Shown here piece after piece: positions 48,330 to 57,881 of a DNA stretch of 64,000 nt (the stretch's first letter is position 1; each line of letters begins with the position of its first letter). The position numbers were made by a program, and so were the translations under genes. The stretch comes from Alphaproteobacteria bacterium (lineage in GTDB: Bacteria; Pseudomonadota; Alphaproteobacteria; SP197): positions 4,928,001 to 4,992,000 of the forward strand of contig OZ245842.1 of NCBI GenBank assembly GCA_965228895.1, written 5' to 3'. The notes beneath the pieces are model-generated. The model did no database searches, was not told the DNA's origin, and was given only the letters and a program-made list of their open reading frames with translations.

Positions 48330-48357
48330 GTGTGTTGTCCGTCCGGACAACGCCGGT

Positions 48358-48428
48358 GCCTGCCCGCTCCCCCACCCGGCCACCCCGAGAATGCTGCCCT
48401 GGGTGGCCGGGTGGGGGAGCGGGCAGGC
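48358..48428. repeat. REP-like palindrome family R1, copy B
   Basis: Perfect 28-bp arms around a 15-nt loop (reverse complement agggcagcattctcg); between convergent genes. Confidence 0.85.
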
Positions 48429-48450
48429 GAGGTGACTATCCAGTCACTGC

Positions 48451-49382
48451 TCAGCGCATGAGACGCCGTAACACCGGCGGCAGTTTGCCTTCCAGCGCCA
48501 GGATGGCGACGATGACGAGCGCCGCGCCGGCGAGCTGTGCCGGCGTCATGACCTCGCCCAACAGCAGAGCGGCCAGCACCAGGGTCGAGACGGGGCCGAC
48601 GGTGGAGACCAGGGCCGAGCGCGACGCGCCGACCCGGCGGATGCCTTCGGTGATCAGCAGGAACGGCATGACCGAGCAGAACAGCGCCATCGCCGCGATC
48701 ATGATGAAGGCGCTCCACGACATAGAGAGCGCGGCGACCGGTGTCGTCACCAGGAACTGAGTCGTCGTGCCGATGACCGCGCCGGTCACCGCGCCCAGCG
48801 CCATGCGCGCCGAGCCCAGCCTGGGACCGAGCGCCTGGTTGATCATGAAATAGATGGCGAACGCGAACGCCGAACCGATCGCCCATAGACCGCCGATCAG
48901 GTTGGTGTGAAAGAGTTCGCCGTTGGCGACGCCCATGACCAGGATGATGCCCTGATGCCCGCTTCCGCGCCGACCAGCGCGACGAGCTGCCGCGCCGGCG
49001 GCCAACGCCGCCGCCGGATCGAGTCAAAGGCGAGCACGAAGATCGGAAAACTGAACAACAGCACACGCTCGACCGAGACGTCGATCAACGCCAGCGCCGT
49101 GAAGTCCAGATATCCGGCGAGCCAATAGCCGATCAGCCCGCCGCCAAGCGTGTAGACGAAGTCGCGCGGCGCCATGGCGAGATTGGCGAAACCACCGCGC
49201 AGCGCCGCCGCCGCCAGCACCATCATCGGAAACGCCAGGCCGTAACGCACGGCCAGCAGCGTCACGACATCGACACCTTCGGCGTAGATGTACTTCGCCA
49301 GAATGCCTTTCAGCGACAACGCCAGCGCGGAGATGACGACGCACGCAATGCCGATTAACTCGGTGCGGCGTGTCGTCTGCAT
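48451..49382 (-). pseudogene. DMT/EamA family transporter, frameshifted
   Basis: The N-half (SLKGILAK, SVERVLLFSFP) and C-half (EGIRRVGASRSALVSTVGPV) are in different frames; tandem TGATGCCC duplication at 48945-48960. Confidence 0.8.
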
Positions 49383-49476
49383 GGCATCGTTGGCCGACGC
49401 GATGGGATCTGGACCGCTCATGGTGGGCGTCTTTAGCCCGCGCTAGTGGTGCGCGTCCAACGTCGACTGGCGATCG

Positions 49477-49893
49477 TCAGTCCGATGGCCCGTCCGGTCT
49501 GGTGACGACATAGAGGGCGGCAGGGATCATGCAGGCGGCCTGGATGGCGAGGATCCACCAGGCGAGCCCGGCGACCAGACTGACGATAAAGGTCAGCGCC
49601 ATGACGGCGCAGGCGATGATCTTGTAAGGCCGGGCAATCGCGCCATAGGTCTCCCAGTCGTGGATCAGCGGGCCGAACCGGGCATGGCTGATCAGCCAAT
49701 GACGCAGGCGCGGCGATCCCTTGCCGAACGCGAAGGCGGCCAGGATGACAAAGGGTGTGGTCGGCAAGACCGGCAGCACCGCGCCGACCGCCCCCAGCGC
49801 CAGCGACACCCAACCGAGCGTCAGCCACAAGAGGTCGCGATGGCGCCGGCGTCGCGTCGCAACCGCTACGTCACACTCGTCGGGCATGGGCAC
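49477..49893 (-). CDS. ybaN: YbaN/DUF454 inner membrane protein
   Basis: LG..GAVLPVLPTTPFVILAA..F..GSPRL..WL..H..FGP.I..W. Confidence 0.88.
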   Translation of the reverse strand: MPMPDECDVAVATRRRRHRDLLWLTLGWVSLALGAVGAVLPVLPTTPFVILAAFAFGKGSPRLRHWLISHARFGPLIHDWETYGAIARPYKIIACAVMALTFIVSLVAGLAWWILAIQAACMIPAALYVVTRPDGPSD

Positions 49894-49924
49894 TAAGGTT
49901 GGCCGGCTCGGCCATGGCGCCGCG

Positions 49925-50305
49925 TCAGCCGTCGGGCGCGATCAGCGGGCCGAGCGGCTTGCCGGCCATGATGTGGACGTGGAAGTGGGGCACCAGCTGA
50001 CCGCTGGCAGCGCCCTGGTTCGCGATCAACCGGTGACCCTCGGCGGTGACGCCCAGGTCGTCGCAGATCTTGGCGACGGCGCGCCAGAAGCCCGTGATCT
50101 CGGCATCGCTGGCCGTCGCATGAAAGTCGTCATGGGCGATATACTTGCCCTTCGGGATCACCAGCACATGCACCGGCGCCTGCGGCGCGATGTCGTGAAA
50201 CGCCAGCACGACATCATCTTCGTAGACCGTCTTGTTGGGCAATTCGCCGCGCAGAATCTTGGCGAAGATGTTGTCGTCGTCATAGGTCTCGAAGTCGATC
50301 GCCAT
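49925..50305 (-). CDS. hinT: Histidine triad nucleotide-binding protein
   Basis: NIFAKILRGE.P, AF.DI.PQAPVH.LVIP, GQ.VPHFHVH. Confidence 0.92.
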   Translation of the reverse strand: MAIDFETYDDDNIFAKILRGELPNKTVYEDDVVLAFHDIAPQAPVHVLVIPKGKYIAHDDFHATASDAEITGFWRAVAKICDDLGVTAEGHRLIANQGAASGQLVPHFHVHIMAGKPLGPLIAPDG

Positions 50306-50424
50306 GGTCGGGCCCTCCGCCGGATGTCACGAAATCGCCTAACACAGGGCCATCGAACTGTCACGATAGGCTGTCAGGTTCCGCGCCGCGACGATCGAGC
50401 GCCTTTCATCGGGAGATCGAGATC

Positions 50425-50583
50425 ATGCCTGTCACCAATGGCGACACCAGACGGCTTTCTGAGCGCGTGGCTGATCCAATGAGACGGGGTCCCAATTGCG
50501 CCGTGCGTGAACGCGCACCGGCGATCAAGATGATGCCGGGACCGCTTATCTATCTGTCGCTTGCCGCGCGGCGGCGGTTTTAG
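50425..50583 (+). CDS. Candidate 52-aa small protein (below the ORF-track cutoff)
   Basis: GGGAGA SD 8 nt upstream; MPVTNGDTRRLSERV...LIYLSLAARRRF*; fills an otherwise empty gap. Confidence 0.25.
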   Translation: MPVTNGDTRRLSERVADPMRRGPNCAVRERAPAIKMMPGPLIYLSLAARRRF

Positions 50584-50610
50584 GACATTCGTGGCTCACG
50601 CTTGTGCCAG

Positions 50611-50681
50611 GCCGGCCCACTCCCCCTCCCGGCCACCCATGGCAGCATCCTTGGGGTGGCCGGGAGGGGGAGTGGGCCGGC
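50611..50681. repeat. REP-like palindrome family R1, copy C
   Basis: Perfect 28-bp arms around a 15-nt loop atggcagcatccttg. Confidence 0.85.
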
Positions 50682-50703
50682 AACGCAAACGAAACAGGGA
50701 ACT

Positions 50704-51426
50704 CTAGGCGGCGGCGCGCTCGCGCTTTTCGACCAGTTCAAGCCAGCGCGACGAGACGGCGTTGCAGAAAGCCCGCGAGTTCTTTTCGTGGGCTTTGAAA
50801 TCCGCCTCCCAGCGCTCGAGATACCAGGGGTGGTGGGCTTCCAGATCGGGCTGCACGCCGGGCATCCACTGGTGCCACAACTCGATGCTGACCTCGAAAT
50901 GGCACTGAAAGCCGTAGCTGGCATCCTTGCGGAACGCCTGGTTCGGACACTTGTCGCCGGTCATCAGCACGTCAGCGCCCGGCGGGATGTCGAACGTGTC
51001 CTCGTGATACTCCATCAGATACTGGGACGGGGCGAGGCCGCCCAGCAGTGGGTCGTCATGCGCGCTTTCGGTCGCCGTCAACTCGGTGAATCCCAGCTCG
51101 GTCCAGCCTTGTTTGTGGACCCGGGCGCCGAGCGCGCGCGCCAAGACCTGGGAGCCCAGGCAGACGCCCAGGATCGGCTTGCCGTGCTCGTGCACCGCGC
51201 GGGCAAAGATCGCGGCATCCGCCAGATAAGGATGGTTGCCGTCGTCCTCGGCATACTGGGCGCCGCCCAGCATGACCAAACCATCGAAGGCCGCGTCCGA
51301 GGCCGGCAGGACCTCGCGCTTGTCGGGACGAACGGTGAGGGTTCGGACGCCCGCCGCCTCGAAGGACTCGGCGATGACGCCCAAATGGCAGCCGGGATAG
51401 AACTGCAAAACCAGGATTTCGGTCAT
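50704..51426 (-). CDS. Class I glutamine amidotransferase-like protein
   Basis: LVMLGG, ILGVCLGSQ nucleophile, YHED.F..P, QCHFE; start MTEIL. Confidence 0.88.
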   Translation of the reverse strand: MTEILVLQFYPGCHLGVIAESFEAAGVRTLTVRPDKREVLPASDAAFDGLVMLGGAQYAEDDGNHPYLADAAIFARAVHEHGKPILGVCLGSQVLARALGARVHKQGWTELGFTELTATESAHDDPLLGGLAPSQYLMEYHEDTFDIPPGADVLMTGDKCPNQAFRKDASYGFQCHFEVSIELWHQWMPGVQPDLEAHHPWYLERWEADFKAHEKNSRAFCNAVSSRWLELVEKRERAAA

Positions 51427-51501
51427 GCTTCTGGTTATCGTGTCCCGCGCGCGGCGACAAGATGGAATACGGCGGTGACTCAAGGGCAGCATCGTGACCT
51501 G

Positions 51502-51520
51502 CCATGCAGAAAACGCATGG
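51502..51520. promoter_or_regulatory. LysR-type T-N11-A palindrome upstream of a DUF1127 gene
   Basis: CCATGC-agaaaac-GCATGG followed by an AT-rich promoter region. Confidence 0.45.
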
Positions 51521-51672
51521 TCACTGTGCAAGTGCAGCATTGGTAAAATTCAATAAATTCACCATATTAGCTTTGTTGAAAGCACTAAGCTTTCGCACTG
51601 CAGCAAGATCGGGCGATGGACTTTTGGTCCCATCCGATGGTCTTGCTGACAATCATGATGAGGAGAAACACC

Positions 51673-51843
51673 ATGTTGCGAGATGTGATGAACAGCTATC
51701 GCAGCTGGCGGCGCCAGGCCCAGACCCGTCGGGAAGTGGCCCGTCTCGATCCTCGCCTGCGGGCCGATATCGGCCTGCCGGAACAGGGTGACCCGACGCT
51801 GGTTGGTACCAGCTGGTTCGCCCAGCCGCGCGACCGGTTCTAA
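51673..51843 (+). CDS. DUF1127 small Arg-rich protein
   Basis: GAGGAGA RBS; WRR...TRREVARLDPRLRADIGL. Confidence 0.8.
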   Translation: MLRDVMNSYRSWRRQAQTRREVARLDPRLRADIGLPEQGDPTLVGTSWFAQPRDRF

Positions 51844-51898
51844 CCGGGCGGCGGCAGGGATCGCGATGAAACAGCCCGCTTGCTGTGACAACGCTTCA

Positions 51899-51969
51899 GG
51901 CCGGGACTGAACCACCGTCTTCCGCGCGTATGCCGGGGGAGGTGTTAGGTCCCGGCCCTTTCTTTTCTT
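51899..51969 (+). terminator. Long hairpin plus pyrimidine tract after the DUF1127 gene
   Basis: GGCCGGGAC...GTCCCGGCC with internal pairing, followed by CTTTCTTTTCTT. Confidence 0.6.
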
Positions 51970-52032
51970 CAGACACATTCGATTTCCGCTGCCGACCCTT
52001 GACAGTTTGGGCCGGCCCGGCGATGAGGCGCC

Positions 52033-52917
52033 ATGGAGACCATGACGCTTGAACGCCTGCCCTTGCACGCCCGCGGCAAGGTGCGCGATATCTATGATCT
52101 CGACGACCGCCGCCTGCTGCTGGTCGCCAGCGACCGGCTGAGCGCTTTCGACGTCGTTTTGCCGACCCCGATCCCCGACAAGGGGCGCCTTTTGACCGGT
52201 TTGAGCCTATTCTGGTTCGACTTCCTTAAAAACATCGTCCCCAACCACATCATCGGCACCGATCTGGCCGGGCTGGACGTCACCGACGACGAGCGCGCCT
52301 GGCTTGACGGGCGCGCCGTTATCGTGCGCAAGGCCGAAGTCTTGCCGGTCGAGTGCATCGCGCGCGGTTACCTGGCCGGCAGCGGCTGGAAGGACTATGG
52401 CGCGACCGGTGCGATCAGCGGCGTTGCCCTGCCCGCCGGCCTGCGCCTGGCGGACCGCCTGCCCGAACCGATCTTCACGCCGTCGACCAAGGCCGAGGTC
52501 GGCACCCATGACGAGAACATCAGCTTCGAGGCCGCCGCCGCCACGGCGGGTGACGCCTTGATGGCGCGGGTTCGCGACATCGCCCTGGCGCTTTATGGCC
52601 GGGCCCGCGATCACGCGGCCGAACGCGGCATTATCATTGCCGACACCAAGTTCGAGTTCGGCCTGATCGACGGCGAACTGACCCTGGTCGACGAATGCCT
52701 GACATCCGACAGTTCGCGCTTCTGGCCGGCCGATTCCTGGGCGCCCGGCGCCTCGCCGCCATCGTTCGATAAACAGTTCGTGCGCGACTGGCTGGAGAAC
52801 GAGTCGGATTGGGACAAAACACCGCCCGGACCGGCCCTGCCGCCGGAGATCGTGGAACGCACCCGCGCGAAATATGTCGAGGCCTATGAAAGGCTCTCAA
52901 ACCGGCAGTTTTCCTGA
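52033..52917 (+). CDS. purC: SAICAR synthetase (long, Ade1-like type)
   Basis: GKVRDIY, SDRLSAFD, PVECIARGYLAGS, FTPSTKA, ADTKFEFG, DE.LT.DSSRFW, DKQFVRDWL. Confidence 0.95.
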   Translation: METMTLERLPLHARGKVRDIYDLDDRRLLLVASDRLSAFDVVLPTPIPDKGRLLTGLSLFWFDFLKNIVPNHIIGTDLAGLDVTDDERAWLDGRAVIVRKAEVLPVECIARGYLAGSGWKDYGATGAISGVALPAGLRLADRLPEPIFTPSTKAEVGTHDENISFEAAAATAGDALMARVRDIALALYGRARDHAAERGIIIADTKFEFGLIDGELTLVDECLTSDSSRFWPADSWAPGASPPSFDKQFVRDWLENESDWDKTPPGPALPPEIVERTRAKYVEAYERLSNRQFS

Positions 52918-52918
52918 C

Positions 52919-53057
52919 CTAGAGCAGATCCGGTTTTGGCGGAATCGCATTGCGATTCCGTCAAGACAGGTGAATCTGCTCTATTCATAAATAGAGAGCG
53001 GATTCACATGGTTAGGCGGAACCGTCCGACGGTTCCGCCTAACCATGATCCGCTCGA
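52919..53057. repeat. Bipartite CTAGAGC-type palindromic element (RIME/BRU-RS/CIR-like)
   Basis: Two hairpins (GCGGAATCGC/GCGATTCCGT; CATGGTTAGGCGGAACCGT/ACGGTTCCGCCTAACCATG) joined by an AT-rich linker; TAGAGC...GCTC ends. Confidence 0.8.
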
Positions 53058-53192
53058 TGAGCTATGCTGGCGGCGCATGCCAGCATTGATGTTCAACCAA
53101 TTGTCGCGCCAACCCAGAAGCCCCACTTTTCTTGCCAGAATAGGGCTGATCCTTTGGATCGGTCTAACGCCTGCACAAGAAAGGGCGAAATC

Positions 53193-53348
53193 ATGAGCCA
53201 GATTGCCAACACCGTCCGTCGCCTGCGCGACCGTTCCATCCTTCGCCGCGAGATGGGCCTGCTTTCCGACCATCAGCTGCGCGACATCGGCATGGAGCGT
53301 ATCGACGTACCGAACACCGGGTTTGTTTATCGGCGCACCGCCGGTTGA
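53193..53348 (+). CDS. DUF1127 small protein (second copy)
   Basis: RRLRDR...RREM..LSDHQLRDIGMER.D. Confidence 0.8.
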   Translation: MSQIANTVRRLRDRSILRREMGLLSDHQLRDIGMERIDVPNTGFVYRRTAG

Positions 53349-53595
53349 TAACGATTTAGCCCGCACCACTTTTGGGTCTTTGCCTGAAAGCGGTGCCGGG
53401 CCTATAAACCACCCGGCTTCGGTGACCGTAAGATACGGCAACACACGAACGTAAGAGGCCTAGGGTTCGATGGGCCAGTGTTCCGCGCTTTGGGACGCCA
53501 TCGAGCGCTATCATGACCGGCGAAGATCCCTGGGATCGTGCTGATCCCAACGCCGTGCTGTTCTTGGCCACAAGACGTCCGGACCTGGTGGTTTT

Positions 53596-54687
53596 ATGAA
53601 GTCGTCACATATCCTTGCCGTCGTTCTGGCGGTCGCGGTCGTTGCTTGGGTGCTGTCGGGTCAGTTGACCAGCGAGACACCTGCGACGGCTGACGTCACG
53701 TCGACGGAAACCGACACCGAGGGAGCGGCCGAGACAGCGCCGCCTGCCGAGGTGCGCGTCGGCACCGTTAGCGCGGCCCCCTACAGCCTGGAACTCGTCG
53801 TGACCGGCCGTACCGCGGCAAGCCGCGATGTGGAACTGGAGGTCGAGACTGCCGGTCGCATCGTTGAAATCGCGGTTGCCGAAGGCGACCAGGTCGCCGA
53901 AGGCGATCTAATCGCCCGGATCGCCCAGGACGACCGTCCCGAACGTCTGGCCGAGGCCCGCGCGCTGGTCGAGCAACGCCAGATTCAGTACGACGCCTCA
54001 CAAGAGTTGATGGAAAGCGGCTGGCGCGAAAAGACCACCAACGCGCAGGACAAGGCCGAGTTGGACGCTGCGCTGGCCGATCTCGCCGCCATCCGTCTGG
54101 ACATCGCGCGCACCGAGATCACAGCACCGTTCGACGGCGTGCTGGATGAACTGATGATCGAGGTCGGCGACGTCGTCGACATCAACGAAACCATCGGCAT
54201 GATCTACGATCTGGACCCGGTGATCGTCGTGGCGTCGGTCAGCGAACGCGAAGTCGGCCATATCGAGGTCGGCGATGTCGGCCGCGCCCGCCTGGTCACG
54301 GGCGAGGAAGTCGACGGCGTCATCCGCTTCGTCTCCAAGGTCGCCCAAAGCGAGACACGGACGTTCCGGGTCGAGCTGGAACTGGCCAATCCCGACAGTA
54401 CCATTCCCGACGGCCTGACCGCCGACGTCGTCCTGCCGCTGGCAACCGTGCCGGCGCATCTCATCTCGCCGTCGGTTCTGGCGCTGGCCGATGACGGCAC
54501 CATCGGCGTCAAGATCGTGGGCGCCGACGATACCGTCGAGTTCGTGGCGATCACCATCATCGCCGATACGCCGCAAGGCATCTGGGTCGCCGGGCTGCCG
54601 CAGACCGCAACACTGATCACGGTCGGTCAGGAGTTCGTCGCCACGGGCCAAAAGGTGACACCGGTAACCGTCGCCGAAGCGCCGTGA
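53596..54687 (+). CDS. RND efflux periplasmic adaptor (MFP)
   Basis: N-terminal anchor; GRIVEI.V.EGD.V, ITAPFDGV, TRTFRVE. Confidence 0.92.
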   Translation: MKSSHILAVVLAVAVVAWVLSGQLTSETPATADVTSTETDTEGAAETAPPAEVRVGTVSAAPYSLELVVTGRTAASRDVELEVETAGRIVEIAVAEGDQVAEGDLIARIAQDDRPERLAEARALVEQRQIQYDASQELMESGWREKTTNAQDKAELDAALADLAAIRLDIARTEITAPFDGVLDELMIEVGDVVDINETIGMIYDLDPVIVVASVSEREVGHIEVGDVGRARLVTGEEVDGVIRFVSKVAQSETRTFRVELELANPDSTIPDGLTADVVLPLATVPAHLISPSVLALADDGTIGVKIVGADDTVEFVAITIIADTPQGIWVAGLPQTATLITVGQEFVATGQKVTPVTVAEAP

Positions 54688-57600
54688 ACGGGATCATCAA
54701 TGCGGCGTTCAGTCGGCCGCGCACGATGTTGTCTTTGCTGGTGCTGATCCTGATCGCCGGCACCGTCTCCTACATCACGATCCCCAAGGAGTCGGACCCC
54801 GACATCAACATCCCCATTATCTACGTTTCGATGTCGCACGAGGGTATCTCGCCCGACGATGCCGAACGGCTTTTGGTCCGCGCTATGGAACAGGAGCTGA
54901 AGAGTATCGAGGGCGTGAAGGAGATGACATCGACCGCCTATGAGGGCGGCGCCAACGTGCTGTTGGAGTTCGACGCCGGCTTCAACCCGGACACCGCGCT
55001 GGAAGATGTACGCACCCAGGTCGACCTGGCACGCCCGGAACTGCCCGACGAGACCGACGAGCCGACCGTCAACGAGGTCAATCTGAGCCTGTTCCCGGTC
55101 GTCGTCGTGACGCTGTCGGGCGACCTGCCGGAACGCACGCTGCTGAAGTTGGCGCAGGATCTTGAAGAAGAGATCGAGAGCATTCCGGCGGTGCTGGAAG
55201 CCACCATCGGCGGCGAACGCGAGGAACTGGTCGAGATCATCATCGATCCGATGAAAGTCGAAAGCTACGGCCTCGACGTCGTCGAGATCGCCGATTTCAT
55301 CAGCCGCTCGAACCGCCTGGTGGCGGCGGGATCGCTGGACACCGGTTCTGGCCGGTTCGCGATCAAGGTGCCCGGCCTGATCGAAAGCCTGGGCGATATT
55401 CTGGACCTGCCGCTGAAGATCGAGGGCGATGCGGTGACCAGGGTGCGCGACATCGCGGAGGTGCGTTCGACCTTCAAAGATCCCGAAGGTTTCGCCCGGG
55501 TCGGCGGCGAAAGCGCGTTTACGCTCGAGGTCTCCAAACGCACCGGCGAAAACATCATCGACACCATCGAGCAGGTGCGCGCGGTGGTCGCCGCGGAGTC
55601 CGTCAACTGGCCCGACGGCGTCGAGGTGACGTTCTCGCAAGACCGTTCGACCGACATCCGCACCATGTTGAACGACCTGCAGAACAACGTCCTGAGCGCC
55701 ATCCTGCTGGTCATGATCGTCATTGTCTGGGCGCTTGGCTGGCGCACCGCCGGATTGGTCGGCGTTGCCATTCCAGGCTCGTTCCTGGCCGGTATCCTGG
55801 TGCTGAACGCGATTGGCCTGACCATGAACGTCGTCGTTCTGTTCAGCCTGATCCTGGCGGTCGGCATGCTGGTCGACGGCGCCATCGTCGTCACCGAATA
55901 CGCCGACCGCAAGATGATCGAAGGCATCCACCGGCGCGAGGCCTACCGCATGGCAGCGCAACGCATGGCCTGGCCGATCACCGCGTCGACCATGACCACG
56001 CTGGCGGCGTTCCTACCCTTGATGTTCTGGCCCGACATCGTCGGCGAGTTCATGAAGTTCCTGCCGATCACGCTGATCGCGACGCTGACCGCCTCGCTCT
56101 TCATGGCGTTGCTCTTTGTGCCGACACTGGGCAGCCTTGTTGGCAAGGCAAGCTCGGGCGATTCGGAAAAGATGCAGGCGCTGGCCGCCGATTCCGGCAG
56201 CCTGGACGACCTGAAAGGCCCCACCGGCATCTATATCGGCGTCCTGCGCCGCGCGTTGCGCCATCCCGGCCTGATCCTGACCGGGGCTGTCGTTTGTCTG
56301 GTCGGCGCCCAGGTCGCCTATGGCGCGTTCGGCAAAGGCGTTGAGTTCTTCCCGGCCGTCGAACCGGAACAGGCGGCGTTGCAGATCCACGCCCGCGGCA
56401 ACCTGTCTGTCTGGGAAAAAGACGCGCTGGTGCATGAGGTCGAGCGACGCATTCTGGATATGGACGAGCTGGATAGCGTCTACGCGCGCACCGGATCGGC
56501 CGAAGGCGCGAACGACCAGGCCGAAGATGTCATCGGGACCATCCAGATCGAGTTCGTCGACTGGGATCAGCGCCGCACGGCCGACGAGATTTTTGCCGAC
56601 ATCCGCGAACGCACGGCCGATCTGGCCGGCATTGTCGTCGAGCCGCGCAAGCAGGAGGCCGGCCCGCCCGGCGGCAAGGCGATCGAGATCGAGATCGGCT
56701 CGCGTTTTCCCGAACTGATCGAACCGGTAGTCGCCGATGTCCGCGCACATCTCGACCAGATGACCGGCCTGATCGATGTTGAGGACAGCCGGCCGCTGCC
56801 CGGCATCGAATGGGAGATCGAGATCGACCGTGCCCAGGCCGCCAAGTTCGGCGCCGACGTGCAGCTTCTGGGTTCGATGGTGCAGCTTGTCACCAACGGG
56901 CTTCTGCTCAGCACGTATCGGCCCGATGGTTCGCGCGACGAGATCGATATCCGCGCCCGCTTCCCGGTAGACTGGCGCACGCTTGACCAGTTGGACCGTC
57001 TGCGGATCCAAACCAATCAGGGTCTGGTGCCGGTCAGCAACTTCGTCATCCGCTCGCCGCAGCCGAAGATCGGCACCATCGAGCGCATCGACAGCCGGCG
57101 CACCATGACCGTGCTGGCCGATGTCGCGCCCGGCGTGCTGGCCGATGCCAAGGTTCGCGAGATCCGCGCCTGGATGGACGAACAGGGTTTCGACCCGCGC
57201 ATCAGCATCACCTTCAAGGGTGAGGACGAGGATCAGAAAAACGCGCAAGCTTTCCTGACGAAAGCGTTCGCGATCGCGCTCTTCATGATGGCGATCATCC
57301 TGGTCACCCAGTTCAACAGTTTCTACAGCGCCTTCCTGATCCTCTCCGCCGTCGTCATGTCGACCATCGGCGTCATGATCGGCCTCCTGGTTACCGGTCA
57401 GCCGTTCGGCATCGTCATGTCGGGTATCGGCGTCATCGCGCTCGCCGGCATCGTCGTGAACAACAACATCGTCTTGATCGACACGTTCGACCGGCTGGCC
57501 AAAACGACGCCGGACGCCATGGAGGCGATCCTGAAGACGGGCGCCCAACGTTTCCGGCCGGTGCTGTTGACGACGATCACGACGATCCTGGGCCTGATGC

Positions 57601-57851
57601 CCATGGTGTTGTCGACCAATATCGACTTCTTCTCGCGTCAGATCTCGATCGGCGCGCCGTCGACCCAGTGGTGGACGCAATTGGCCACGGCCATCGTCTT
57701 CGGCCTGGCCTTTGCCACCATGCTGACCTTGATCGTCACGCCCAGCGCCTTGATGGCGCGCGCCAATGTGCGCGCCTGGCGTCAACGCCGCCGCGACCGC
57801 CGCGTCGCCCGCCGTGCCGACAAAGAAGCGGCGGCCACACCGGCAGAGTAA
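54684..57851 (+). CDS. RND permease (AcrB/AcrD/AcrF family)
   Basis: IPKESDPDI, GMLVDGAIVV, GEFMKFLP, GIVVNNNIVLID, RFRPVLLT. Confidence 0.95.
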   Translation: MNGIINAAFSRPRTMLSLLVLILIAGTVSYITIPKESDPDINIPIIYVSMSHEGISPDDAERLLVRAMEQELKSIEGVKEMTSTAYEGGANVLLEFDAGFNPDTALEDVRTQVDLARPELPDETDEPTVNEVNLSLFPVVVVTLSGDLPERTLLKLAQDLEEEIESIPAVLEATIGGEREELVEIIIDPMKVESYGLDVVEIADFISRSNRLVAAGSLDTGSGRFAIKVPGLIESLGDILDLPLKIEGDAVTRVRDIAEVRSTFKDPEGFARVGGESAFTLEVSKRTGENIIDTIEQVRAVVAAESVNWPDGVEVTFSQDRSTDIRTMLNDLQNNVLSAILLVMIVIVWALGWRTAGLVGVAIPGSFLAGILVLNAIGLTMNVVVLFSLILAVGMLVDGAIVVTEYADRKMIEGIHRREAYRMAAQRMAWPITASTMTTLAAFLPLMFWPDIVGEFMKFLPITLIATLTASLFMALLFVPTLGSLVGKASSGDSEKMQALAADSGSLDDLKGPTGIYIGVLRRALRHPGLILTGAVVCLVGAQVAYGAFGKGVEFFPAVEPEQAALQIHARGNLSVWEKDALVHEVERRILDMDELDSVYARTGSAEGANDQAEDVIGTIQIEFVDWDQRRTADEIFADIRERTADLAGIVVEPRKQEAGPPGGKAIEIEIGSRFPELIEPVVADVRAHLDQMTGLIDVEDSRPLPGIEWEIEIDRAQAAKFGADVQLLGSMVQLVTNGLLLSTYRPDGSRDEIDIRARFPVDWRTLDQLDRLRIQTNQGLVPVSNFVIRSPQPKIGTIERIDSRRTMTVLADVAPGVLADAKVREIRAWMDEQGFDPRISITFKGEDEDQKNAQAFLTKAFAIALFMMAIILVTQFNSFYSAFLILSAVVMSTIGVMIGLLVTGQPFGIVMSGIGVIALAGIVVNNNIVLIDTFDRLAKTTPDAMEAILKTGAQRFRPVLLTTITTILGLMPMVLSTNIDFFSRQISIGAPSTQWWTQLATAIVFGLAFATMLTLIVTPSALMARANVRAWRQRRRDRRVARRADKEAAATPAE

Positions 57852-57881
57852 GCGCCGGCGAAGTTGGGCTAGTATCGGTTC

